Assembly: GCA_964019425.1 (NCBI GenBank)
Contig: OZ025783.1
Span: 62,001-126,000, forward strand
Reading direction: 5' to 3'
Origin: Flectonema sp. DT1601
Lineage: Eukaryota
DNA: 64,000 bases
The notes beneath the pieces were generated by a model. That model was not told the origin of the DNA. It saw nothing but the letters and a program-made list of their open reading frames with translations, and ran no database searches. The position numbers and the translations under genes were made by a program. This document shows, one piece after another, positions 39,918 through 50,200 of the stretch. The stretch's first letter is position 1. Each line of letters opens with the position of its first letter.

Positions 39918-41091
39918 CCTGTTGTTGCTCAGCTGAATTTGGATCCGAGTGGACGTCTGTAGTTTGAGGATGTAATTTGGTTTGAATGATTCCGAGCAGC
40001 AATTTTGACTTTTCATAGTTCGCATTCTGAACGTCGTCCTGCAACACCCCAAGAGCCGTAGTTACGTCTTCTTTATTCGACTGAACACAAGCAAGATAGA
40101 ATTTGGAACAGAGCATCGCATTTTCTTCATCCGCAGGAATAGCTTGTTGGGGTTGCTGTAGAATAGCAGAAACACATTTTTGGAACCATTCGACGGCAAC
40201 TGGAGTGCTATCGTCGATTATTATCTCAGCAGTTGGATCTGTTAATAAAGAACCCGTCTTGTTAATACACTCTGAAGCATAATAGTACATTGAGAGTGGA
40301 CTTCCTGCTTCAGCTCCTTTTTTGAAATGTTCGATTGCTGGAGGGTTTAGATTACAACTTTGAAGAATGAGTCCCATCATCATGATGGCATCGCCATCTC
40401 CTTCTTCTGCGAAGGTACGAAGTTCGGATGCTATTTCAAGATTTCCAGCATCGAGTGCTGCACGCCAGTTGCTTCTTCTCAATGCAGCTGTGGTTTCTTC
40501 AATTTCTTCTTCAACAACATTCAATGATGTTGTTGTTGTTGTTGCCTGTGGTGGTATTCTTTGTTTCAATGCTTCCATATGCAACAGTACGTTAGGCAGA
40601 AGTAGTTTAGACTTTTCGTGGCCGCTGTTCTCTATTTTTGTTGATAATTCTTCCAAAGTTGACAGAGCTTGCTGAAGTTCATCCTTGGCTGCTAATACAG
40701 CTGCTAAATAATAAATAGAACAAAACTCTACGTGTTCTTCATCTGATGGAACGTTTTGATGCTGTGAGATAGTCGAAACACACTTTGTGAACCACATAAC
40801 AGCGTCATCAGTTTTGTCATCAATCACAATAACAGCAGAGATGTCGGTTAGAATAGGACCAGTCTTGGAGATAGACTCTGATGCATAGTGATACATTGAT
40901 AGTGTGCTGCCAGCTTCAGCACCCTTTTTGAAATGTTCAACAGCAGGAGTTTCTAACCCACAATTCTGTAATATCAGTCCCATCATCATCAGAGCATCAC
41001 CATCACCATTCTCAGCAGCTACTCGGATCTCACCTGCGACTCGCATGTCTCCTTCGTCGAGGGCTTCTCTCCAACGGATGCGATTTGTCAT
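38740..41091 (-). CDS. SEL1/TPR-like duplicated helical domain + polyQ + Pro-rich linker + coiled coil + C-terminal SPRY/B30.2-like beta domain, 783 aa
   Basis: Two ~170-aa homologous units (AENGDGDALMMMG..HFKKGAEAG / AEEGDGDAIMMMG..HFKKGAEAG); NVMISPDGMTV..EWDVCIE..W..AGVS..YSPAISV is SPRY-like. Confidence 0.85.
39675..39928 (-). repeat. CAG/CAA trinucleotide array encoding roughly 80 Gln (interrupted by E, R, PL, K)
   Basis: tgc/tgt repeats on the plus strand within the 38740-41091 CDS. Confidence 0.97.
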
Positions 41092-41404
41092 ATTTTAACA
41101 CCTGAAGTCAGCTTCTGTATAAAACATAATATTAAAAGTTAGTTGTGGATGAACGAAAATAATTAGTTTTGGTATATTCCTCGGCAGGTTTCAAAGTGGG
41201 AGAAAGCTCCTGTTCTGGGAGGATTTCACAAAACATCAAGAAAAAAACTTATCAAACAAAAAGTAACTCCCCCACCCACGAGAGCTATGCTTCCCTGGGT
41301 GGGGATAATAATAAAAAGAATTCTAATAACCAATACAAGAAGTATCGAATAACACATCTGTTGAGTGAAGACGTCACAATGGACGGTGAACACCATCAGA
41401 GACT

Positions 41405-42429
41405 TTAATTTGAAATATGTTCCAGACTTCCTTGCAGTGCTCCAATTATACAATCTTTCCTCATAGCTCCGTAGAATATCGGTGTTGTTGATGGAGCGTT
41501 CTCACCTTGTAATTTTAATACAAAAGGTTCTCTTCCATTTTTGTTTAGTTTTATCCAAATTGGGTTCGATGATCCGAGAGTCTTTGACTTTAGCTGTTTT
41601 GGGGTTATTATTATTATTATTAATTACCTAAATAAAGGTAAGAAGGTACAACAGTAAGAAGGTACAACAGTAAGAAGGTACAACAGTAAGAAGGTACAAC
41701 AGTAAGCAATATACATACCGGTTTCATAACTGCGGAATCGTGGTACTTTGGATTGATACCGAGAGCATGTAAAACACTCCACGCAGGAGAATCAAGATTA
41801 CCCTCAACAACAACATTAAGCGGCGATACGACGTCAAAGGGAGCTAAGTTGAGATGCCTGGCAGTGTTGGTTGTGTCGTTGATAACTTTTTCTAACTTGT
41901 TGTGATATTTAAAATGTTCTGCAATTCTTATTTTACATCCACCCTTTCCACAATAAAGCATTATTCTACTAAGGTCATCACTCTGCTTTTGTTTTTTATA
42001 TTTTGGCGACGATGTCGGAGATGATTTCTTTTTTTTCTTCTTAACAACGTAATCCGATTCTGAAGACGACGTCGATTCTGTATCACTGCTACAGCTACTG
42101 CTGCTGCTATCACTGTCATAGTGTGACTTCTTTTTAAAATTAGTTTTGTTCTTTGCGTTATTTTTATCAGGTTTTGGTCCACCATTCAATACTCTAACAA
42201 AGTCTTTTTCACTCCATATCTCAAGACCCTTATCTATAGCCTTGGCGTACTTTGAAGTATACATGTGATCAGCACCTCCTGCACAGACTAGTACATCAGT
42301 CACTCCAGTTACACTTCCCTGAACCATTGCTCCCAAGTTTGTTGCTTTTTGAGTTGCTTCTGCTCTTAATAATGTCATCTTTCCTGTGAAGACCATTCTT
42401 AGTCCCTCTAAAACTTGTTTTTTAGGCAT
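41405..42429 (-). CDS. N-terminal BRCT-domain protein; exons 42429-41719 and 41593-41405
   Basis: LEGLRMVFTGKM..RAEA...LGA.VQGSVTGVTDVLVCAGG...SKYAKA...GLEIWSE.DF is a DNA-ligase/RFC1-type BRCT; a 125-bp GT-AG phase-0 intron (41594-41718) gives an open 63-codon last exon (LKSKTLGSSNPIWIK...EHISN*). Confidence 0.82.
41641..41704. repeat. Intronic 16-bp tandem repeat AGAAGGTACAACAGTA x4
   Basis: Four exact copies inside the BRCT-gene intron. Confidence 0.95.
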
Positions 42430-42858
42430 ATTTTTTATTCGCTTGTTATGCTACCCCCTGTTAGGAAATAAGTTTCATTATGTTCAGTGGGGGTAAATCA
42501 GAGAGACCCTGAGGGATCAATAAAAAGAAACCATTGTTAAGCACAGGGAAATAGATAACATTTGACATTATAAATAAACGGTTCTTTTTTTTTTTGTCAG
42601 TGCAAAAAAAAATAGAATCTTTGCTGGATAAATGAGGCTAGGGGATATAATATAAAAAACACGAAGACTTGCGAAAATAAACTATCATCGCAGCCCAGTG
42701 TGAGAGACATGCAAACAGGAAAATAAACTCATCATAGCTAGGGAACACAACACAATGTTACTTATTGAGTAATACAAGAACAGTGTTGGTTGTCGAGGAT
42801 CAACTGTTTGTTTATTCGATTCTTAAGAATCAAAAAAAAGAGAGAAAAATTTTATTTT

Positions 42859-45783
42859 TTAAATTTCTATTTCAGGAATACCCGACGTCGGAAGTCGAAG
42901 TGACTTCTTAGAACCTTTCGACTGTCCAGAAACAATCAAAACAGCTCTCCTGGTAGTTGAAGGCTCATGGTGAATCCGATATGGAAAAACAGTATGAGCA
43001 GCACCACCATCTTTCCAACGAATAGCAATATTACAACTAAACGCTAATGCCATCGTACGTTGTAAAGTGTAAGGAGGAGACATTACTTTAATCGCAGATT
43101 TTGGGAAACGTGGGTTGATGTCAAATTCTACACGTGATATCTGTGGGGCTGCTTTCTTTCCCTTTTCAATTTTAACGACTCTCAAAAAAGCATTGACTGT
43201 GTAAGCTTCTCCAGAAGAACCAATTGCAGTGTTTCCGTATTCCACAATTATTCTAGTTTGAAGGTCTCGTTGTTTTTGATATGTTTTTAATTTTAGTTTT
43301 TGACTGTCAATTTCAGAGTCTGAAAGACTTCCCAAAATAAAATTCTGATGATCAAAATTTGATTCGACTTTCTGTACAACATGAGAGAAGTCACAACCAA
43401 CAACAGGACAACACTTTGTTACTAAATGTGATTTCATGTGACAAACACAACACCACACATGACGACATATCTCAGCTCTTTGTGGTTTCCACAGTACTTC
43501 ATCACAGTAATCACAATTACTTTGAGAGTGTTCCAGTTGGAGTCGTTTTGTTATTTCTTCTGCAGATTCAATTTCTGATTTTTCAGAATCGGTTTCAGAA
43601 TTGAATAAAATTTTATTTTGATTCGTCTTCTGAGTGACATCACCGTCTCGTAAAAACGATTCAGGTACCGACCAAGTTGTTTCACCTGTTGCTTTATTTT
43701 GGTAATAGACTTTTCCTGTGTGTGGGTCTGCTGATGTTTTCCAATCCGACTTTAATGATTCTCTCAGTGACGTTGATTTCAATGTTTCCTTGTCATCCGA
43801 ACTCAACTGATTCATTATATCTTCACCAAGCATATCCGACAAGAATGATGAAGGTGGTTGTAAAAGTCCTTCTTCGATGTGTTTCATCGGAGATGCGATT
43901 CCCTTAAACTCACACCATGAAACTAACCCTCCTGCTAGTCGTGTCATTATGTTGCCAAGTTCTCCTTTTTTTGTAAATTCCTTCATTCGTTTTAAAGCGT
44001 CATTCGCATGAGTTGAAAACATATTTAAGATCTCAGTCACCATATTGTCAGAGTGCCAATAGGGTTCTGTTTTAGATGAAAATTCAAAGTAGTGTGGTTT
44101 GTTTAAATTATCTCGCATCCAACGACCAACCTTAACAGGATGACCGGCGTCATCAATATCGAACAACAGTAACGATGGTTGCTTAATAGTTTTATATCTA
44201 AAAACATCATGTCCGACTGGATCCATGACAATAATGAAATCAGTTATATCAGGGACTTCTAAAACAGAATTGAATGTCGCACAGGCACCCTGTGATGATC
44301 CACAAATAGCGAATGCTTTTAATCTTCCCAAAGACTTTATAATATCTTTTACCAAAGAACCAGGATTTGAACGTATCTCTTGTCTATCACCAGTACTGTT
44401 ACCATATCCAGGACAGTCAATTGCAACCATAAAGAATGACGTTTCATTGACTGATGTTACAACAGATATCTCATGAACTATTCCATTCCACCAAAGAGAA
44501 CTATTTGTTGGTCCTGAGCCGTGGATGAAAAGTATTAAAGGATCAGTTTCATTTCCTACTGCACGACTAAATATAGAACCATGAAACTCTGTATCAATCC
44601 ACATAGTACGTCTGTTCATTGATGTTTCTAAATCCTCAATGTCGTTGTGTAAGGGATCTCTTGTAATAGAAATATCCTCACAGATGTTTACCTTCATGGT
44701 GGGATCAACTACTACCTTCTTTGCTATTTGAGCATATCTTATTGTTGATAAACTCTCGTCACTATTCTCTTCAGCAGGTGATACACAAGCAAGCATTGTA
44801 GTCAGAGAGTCTCCACTTAAAGACGACTGTAGTAATCTTGTTAATGAGGAGTCTCTGTATGGAACATGTTTAGCACCTTCTGCTAGAGAGGTTATGACGT
44901 TGGCTAATGAGAACAGGCCGCTGTTTATTGAAATCGATTCTCGGAAAGCTGTGTCTTTGTTGCCAGTTCTGGTACTGCGTTCAGACCCAGCCAGGTCAAC
45001 CAGATTTAAGTATGAAATTTTTGAATTTAATTGACAGCAGTCTTGTGATGCTAACTTCCATCTGTGTTCAATAATCATCGTCAACACTGCGTGTGATCTC
45101 GATGAGTGTTCGTTCATATTAGTCCGACCTGTAGCACGGCGAGCAGAACCTTTTTTTATAACTTTCATAACATCTGTTGTTGAGTTTACTTCGATTTCCT
45201 TACAATTCTCAACAAACACACGACCGTTGTTTGTCTCTCTTATTGAAAGTATTTCTGGTGGGTGTTCCTTACCAAGAAGATCACGAATATCATCATTGTA
45301 CACTTCTATGTATGAGATTCTTATTTGATATTGCGACATTGAAGAGACTTCTCCAATAGCTTCCATACAACATGTAAATTCTGATTCCTCTGCAGCGATC
45401 TTTTTAAAAACATCTTCTGCCACACGAGGAATAATACCATCGAGTGTCTTATGTCCTCCTTCACTTCCTAACATTGTGAATGTTTTACCACTTCCTGTTT
45501 GTCCGTATGCGAACACACAAGCATTGTATCCAGATACCCAGGACTCTACAATAGGTGAGATGGTTTCTTTATATATTATTTCTTGTCCTTCGTCTTCAGT
45601 GTAGATTCTGTCAAAGTTAAAGCAATCATTCAATCCTTTAAATTGAATTTTTGTTCCGCCTTCTACTCCAAGACATTTATTCTTCCCTTCCTTTGCAATC
45701 AACGGTCGCACTCGAACTACGGCTTTTAGTTTTTCAGATATTTTAACTTTTTTCTTTGACGGTGGATGGATTCTTGTCGACAT
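42859..45783 (-). CDS. Kinesin motor fused to alpha/beta-hydrolase, WW, RING and YEATS-like domains, 974 aa
   Basis: Kinesin GQTGSGKT, NEHSSRSH, DLAGSE, HVPYRDS; hydrolase FIHG, AIDCPGYGNS, GSSQG; WW W..SADPHTGKVYYQNKATGETTWSVP; RING CDYC..CRHVWCCVC..CCPVVGC; YEATS-like IIVEYGNTA..ISRVEFDINPRF..PPYTL. Confidence 0.9.
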   Translation of the reverse strand: MSTRIHPPSKKKVKISEKLKAVVRVRPLIAKEGKNKCLGVEGGTKIQFKGLNDCFNFDRIYTEDEGQEIIYKETISPIVESWVSGYNACVFAYGQTGSGKTFTMLGSEGGHKTLDGIIPRVAEDVFKKIAAEESEFTCCMEAIGEVSSMSQYQIRISYIEVYNDDIRDLLGKEHPPEILSIRETNNGRVFVENCKEIEVNSTTDVMKVIKKGSARRATGRTNMNEHSSRSHAVLTMIIEHRWKLASQDCCQLNSKISYLNLVDLAGSERSTRTGNKDTAFRESISINSGLFSLANVITSLAEGAKHVPYRDSSLTRLLQSSLSGDSLTTMLACVSPAEENSDESLSTIRYAQIAKKVVVDPTMKVNICEDISITRDPLHNDIEDLETSMNRRTMWIDTEFHGSIFSRAVGNETDPLILFIHGSGPTNSSLWWNGIVHEISVVTSVNETSFFMVAIDCPGYGNSTGDRQEIRSNPGSLVKDIIKSLGRLKAFAICGSSQGACATFNSVLEVPDITDFIIVMDPVGHDVFRYKTIKQPSLLLFDIDDAGHPVKVGRWMRDNLNKPHYFEFSSKTEPYWHSDNMVTEILNMFSTHANDALKRMKEFTKKGELGNIMTRLAGGLVSWCEFKGIASPMKHIEEGLLQPPSSFLSDMLGEDIMNQLSSDDKETLKSTSLRESLKSDWKTSADPHTGKVYYQNKATGETTWSVPESFLRDGDVTQKTNQNKILFNSETDSEKSEIESAEEITKRLQLEHSQSNCDYCDEVLWKPQRAEICRHVWCCVCHMKSHLVTKCCPVVGCDFSHVVQKVESNFDHQNFILGSLSDSEIDSQKLKLKTYQKQRDLQTRIIVEYGNTAIGSSGEAYTVNAFLRVVKIEKGKKAAPQISRVEFDINPRFPKSAIKVMSPPYTLQRTMALAFSCNIAIRWKDGGAAHTVFPYRIHHEPSTTRRAVLIVSGQSKGSKKSLRLPTSGIPEIEI

Positions 45784-45794
45784 ATTATGTGTAT

Positions 45795-45830
45795 CTGTTT
45801 AGAGAAAATAATAACAAAAAAAAAAAAATT
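45795..45830 (-). promoter_or_regulatory. Putative trans-splice acceptor (poly-U tract + CAG) of the kinesin fusion gene
   Basis: Minus strand U-tract, then GTTATTATTTTCTCTAAACAG, 11 nt before the ATG. Confidence 0.45.
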
Positions 45831-46713
45831 GAAAATAAAATCATCTACTATCGAATGCTATTGTAGTGTAAATGCCACACAAATAAAGACATAAGCAGAT
45901 ACAGAAAAACTGGTCTTAGAAGCGTGTGTGAGCTAAGAATAAAGAAAGAAAAGAAAAAAAAAAGAGAAACGCATACCAGTGTGGTAGCAGATAATAATAT
46001 AAAAAAAATAAGAAAATAAATTTTTGTTGATCGCAGACAGTTTAGTTAGTTTAGTTAGCAAAATACAAACTGATGACTACGAGGGGTCTGGGTAGCCCGC
46101 ATCAGTAAGGACCCAATCGCGAAGATTGTAGTTTCATAGTTTTGGCTGGAAGTGATCGACTTCCAGCCTCCACCTTGCCCAGAGGCTAACAGGTTGTAAA
46201 CAAGAAAAGAAAATAAAAGAGAAATGATCTGGGAGTGGGGGGAAAGTGAAAAAAATAAAAAATCTTCTTTCTTTCATATACATCTTTCTTTATAATACGA
46301 CCACATGTGCCATATGCCCACACTCCACGAAAGAAAATAGAAACCCCCGGAACAGTACCGAGGATCGTTCACCCCCAGTTGTCCAAAGCATTATAAGTGT
46401 ACTGTGGGCTTACCGAAAAGCTTTAGAAATGTACCACAAAAGATTTGGGCAGCACATAGCCATATCACTCAGCAAGAAATGAAAACCAAAAGGATCAGGT
46501 AAGATGACAGTCAGTTTAAGGTCATAACTGCGCCGGACCAGACAGTAATACCGATTCCGCAATAGGAACAATAAATAAACGGCTCTTAATCGGAAACAAT
46601 TTCCTCTTCTCCGACTTCGTCGGTGAAAGAAAAAAAAAAAAAAAAAAGGAAGGAAGAAAACACAACACAACATACAGAGAATTATAGATACGTAAAGAAC
46701 CAGCTCATTCTTT

Positions 46714-47049
46714 TCAGCGAAGAATATAAGGAAAAGACAGAATTGGGGGGGGGGACCCGGGGGGGGGTTAACTGTTCGAGTTTGTACGTAAAATACAAAT
46801 GTATTGTATCATAAACAACATAACGATAATTTAACATTAGTTCTGAGATACAGTGACTAAAGGTAATGTTAGTGTAGGTATACACTCTGCGATTGACGTA
46901 AATACTTTACATTATAATAAATGTTTCTAACTTATCTGCATACACATCTCTTTTTCCGTGTTGTCATTCAGTGCAGTACGGAATCGAGTTATTCAATTTT
47001 GAATTAATCGTCAGCGAAGAATATAAGGAGAAGACAGAATTGGGGGGGG
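46714..47049. repeat. Pair of ~38-bp near-identical direct repeats 297 bp apart
   Basis: TCAGCGAAGAATATAAGGA(A/G)AAGACAGAATTGGGGGGG at 46714 and 47011. Confidence 0.9.
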
Positions 47050-47241
47050 TGTTTTCACTCAGAACGAGATACGTTCCGTGTTGGAGATCCTTTTGTGTAA
47101 ATAAAGAATAAACATATCGAAGTTGCGCCTGTGGTCAGATGACCCGAAGACAGAAGTCAAATCGTGAGCGTAGTAACTCACACAAGGCAATCATAAAACA
47201 TACAACACACACACATCCACAGATAATATAACCACTAATCT

Positions 47242-50200
47242 CTACTCGAATTCTGTATCTGTTAAGAGACCTCTAACGTAGTCTGGTGTAATCGTCTCTT
47301 TCCCTTTACACATTAATGAAGTTGGAAGCATTCGAGGGACTCCTAAAATAGAAACAACACGAAACCCACCAGTTGAATCATTCTCCAGACTATTTAAGTA
47401 TTCCATATTCTGCGATACTTCCCAAACTCTGATCGTCTTGTCGTAACTCGCTGAAACTATTTTAGTACCGTTTGGAGTTATGGCAACGCTGCTAACTTCA
47501 CCAGTGTGTCCCTCAAGCTGTAAGTGTTCGTGTTTTATGTCAGCCCAAATAGGACTGCTGGTTAGCGACAGACTTGAATTCCAAACGCGAATGGTTTTGT
47601 CTCCACTGCCTGAAATAATTTTACTGCCATCGGGTGTGATGGTGACGCTCGTTACGCCTTTCGTGTGACCAACGAAAGGATTGCCTGACACCATGCGGCT
47701 CTGCATGTTCCATATGAGAATCTCTTTATCTCCGCTTCCAGATATTATTTTATTACCATCAGGTGAGAGAGCAATGCTAGTCACCCAGTCAGTGTGCCCT
47801 TCTAAAGTGAGTTGTGGTTTTCCAGTTTTCATATCCCAAACTCTAATAGTTCTATCTGTGCTACCAGACACTAGTTTAGAGCTGTTGAAAGTAACGGCAA
47901 CGCTTCGAATCCAGTCGGTGTGTCCTTCCAACTTGAAGAGTTCTTTTCCAGATGATAAAGACCAAATCCTAATAGTTTTATCATAGCTACCTGAAACAAT
48001 CTTCTTACCATCTGGAGATATTGCCAGTGAGGTTACTCCGTCAGTGTGGCCTGTTAGCTTTTGACATTCTTTTCCATTCATCATTGACCATATTCTTATT
48101 GACTTATCACAACTACCAGAAATAATCCTACCGCTATCAAGTGTTATTACAACAGCGTCAACTATTCCAGTGTGTCCTCGTAGTTTGTGTAGTCTTCTGC
48201 TTGTTGCGATGTCCCAACTTTGAAGGTAACTATCACCACTGGCTGATACAACTCTGTTACCATCAGGTGAGATTGCTATGCTGGATATAAACCTTGAGTG
48301 ACCTTCTATTTTTACCGCTTCTTTTCCTGTTGCGATATCCCAAACTCGAAGTGTTTTGTCATCACTTGCGGATACTACTTGTGTCCCGCTGGGGGTTATC
48401 GCTACGCTGGTTATGCTGTCGAGATGCCCATCAACTTTTAAAGTTTCCTTCCCACTTGAGATGTCCCAAACTCTAATGGAACGATCACTGCTGACTGATA
48501 CTACTTTTGTTCCATCCGGTGCTACAGCAACACCACTAACCACACCAGTGTGACCTTCATATTTGACTGCTTCCTTTCCTGATTGTAAATCCCATACTCT
48601 GACTGTCTTATCATAACCAGCTGACACTACTGTGGTACCGTCTGGTGATAAAGCTAAGGCTCTAACTCCATCAGTGTGTTCTTTAAATATATTAAATTCT
48701 CTAAGAGCATAAACATTCCAAACTCTAACAGTCTTATCATGGCTAGCTGATATAATTGTGTCATTAGTAGAAGTGATGGCAACGCTGGTAACAATCCCAG
48801 TGTGTCCTTCGAATTCTTGCCATTTGCCTGTTGAAAGTGACCAAAGAATTACTTTTCGATCCTCACCTCCGGAGACTATTTTATTACCATCTGATGAAAA
48901 GACAACGCTTGTCACTCCATCGATGTGTCCTCGAAGTGCTTTTGGTGTGTCGTGAGGATCACTCAGATTCCAAACACGTAATGAGTTATCACCACTACCA
49001 GAGACTACAGCTTTACCATCTGGAGAGATGGCAACACAGGTGATGATTCGGATGTGGATTTTTTCAAATGTTCTTCCTTCCTTTCCAGTTGATAAGTCCC
49101 ACAACTTAAGAACCATATCACCACCACCTGATATCACACTACTAGAGTCTGGCATTATCGCTACAGTACTCACTCTGTTAGTATGACCTCGAAGTGGTGG
49201 TAGAGGCATACCAAAAGTTGAACCTTCACAACTAAAGTGTGACAAGTCAGTTCGATAAAGAGTAGAGTGCTCCAACCAACAGTCAAATACTTTTGAATTC
49301 TTCAAAGAAGAATCAGACATTATCAACCTTCGTAGATCAGAATCACGAATTATTATTGAACTTAAATCACAATCAAGAAAAGTGTATCCAGAAGAAACCA
49401 ACAACGCCATTGAATTTGAAGCAGCAGCCACTTTCTCAGATGACAATTCTTGATCTCTGCTATCTCTGACTAACTCAAGTAATTTAATATAAACATTACT
49501 GTCGTGTAACGATCTGAAATACTGTCCTATGTTTGGAGCTCCTTTGCTGAATGGTTTTATTATTTCTTCCTTTAAACAAGTTATTGGGTTCGTTGCAAGT
49601 CTTCTTGCTGCTAAGAACTCACCGAGGGTTTTATGACGAAATGTCACGATGCTGTTTTTATCATTAAAGTCTTCGACTCTCAATGGAAGGCATCGAAGGG
49701 CAAGAGCAACGTGTTTAAAACGTTTTGATAAACGAGTCGCTTCGTCTCCGAGAACGACCTGCCATTTTCCTGTTTGAAGCATCTTGCAAGCTAATTGTTC
49801 TCCAACTTCCAGTAGCTCTTCAGGAGTGACTTTTGAATTTTTGAACTTCCGAAGCTCATCGCTTGTCCATTTTATTAAAAAAGCCTTATAAATATCTGTT
49901 TCTGTCGGCTCAGTCGCCCCTGAAGTATGTGAGTAACAAGCCATGTGTAGAAGAAATGGATTTTTCAGACCTGTCATCCAACCAACGTTTTGCTCAACTG
50001 GAATATTTCGCTTACCAAAAAATGTTTTAATGTATCGTTGAGCATCAACGTGATTGAAGTGTTGCATGTAAAGAGATTTGGTACCCTCTCCGCAAACCTG
50101 TTTTTTTTTATAGTTTTTTTTGTTTGTAAGTGACTGTAAACAAAAAAAAAACAGAACTAAACGTACCTGTGTAGTCGTGACCCCGACGCTGAGGAGATAC

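Noticed and set aside
39510..40052. Poly-Cys, poly-Leu, poly-Ala/Val and poly-Ser/Asn ORFs
   Set aside because: Alternative frames of the CAG/CAA polyQ tract
41641..41704. Short direct repeats considered as CRISPR-like
   Set aside because: Head-to-tail with no spacers, intronic, eukaryotic context with no cas genes
46067..46205. Hammerhead or HDV-like ribozyme interpretation (CTGATGA on plus; GAAAC...GTC on minus; CCAGCCTCC)
   Set aside because: Hammerhead core elements fall on opposite strands and the HDV P3/P1 pairings cannot be completed; kept only as a generic structured element
47420..49190. HET-E-style near-identical WD40 repeats under concerted evolution
   Set aside because: The 14 repeats are regular but clearly diverged from each other, so there is no sign of recent repeat shuffling
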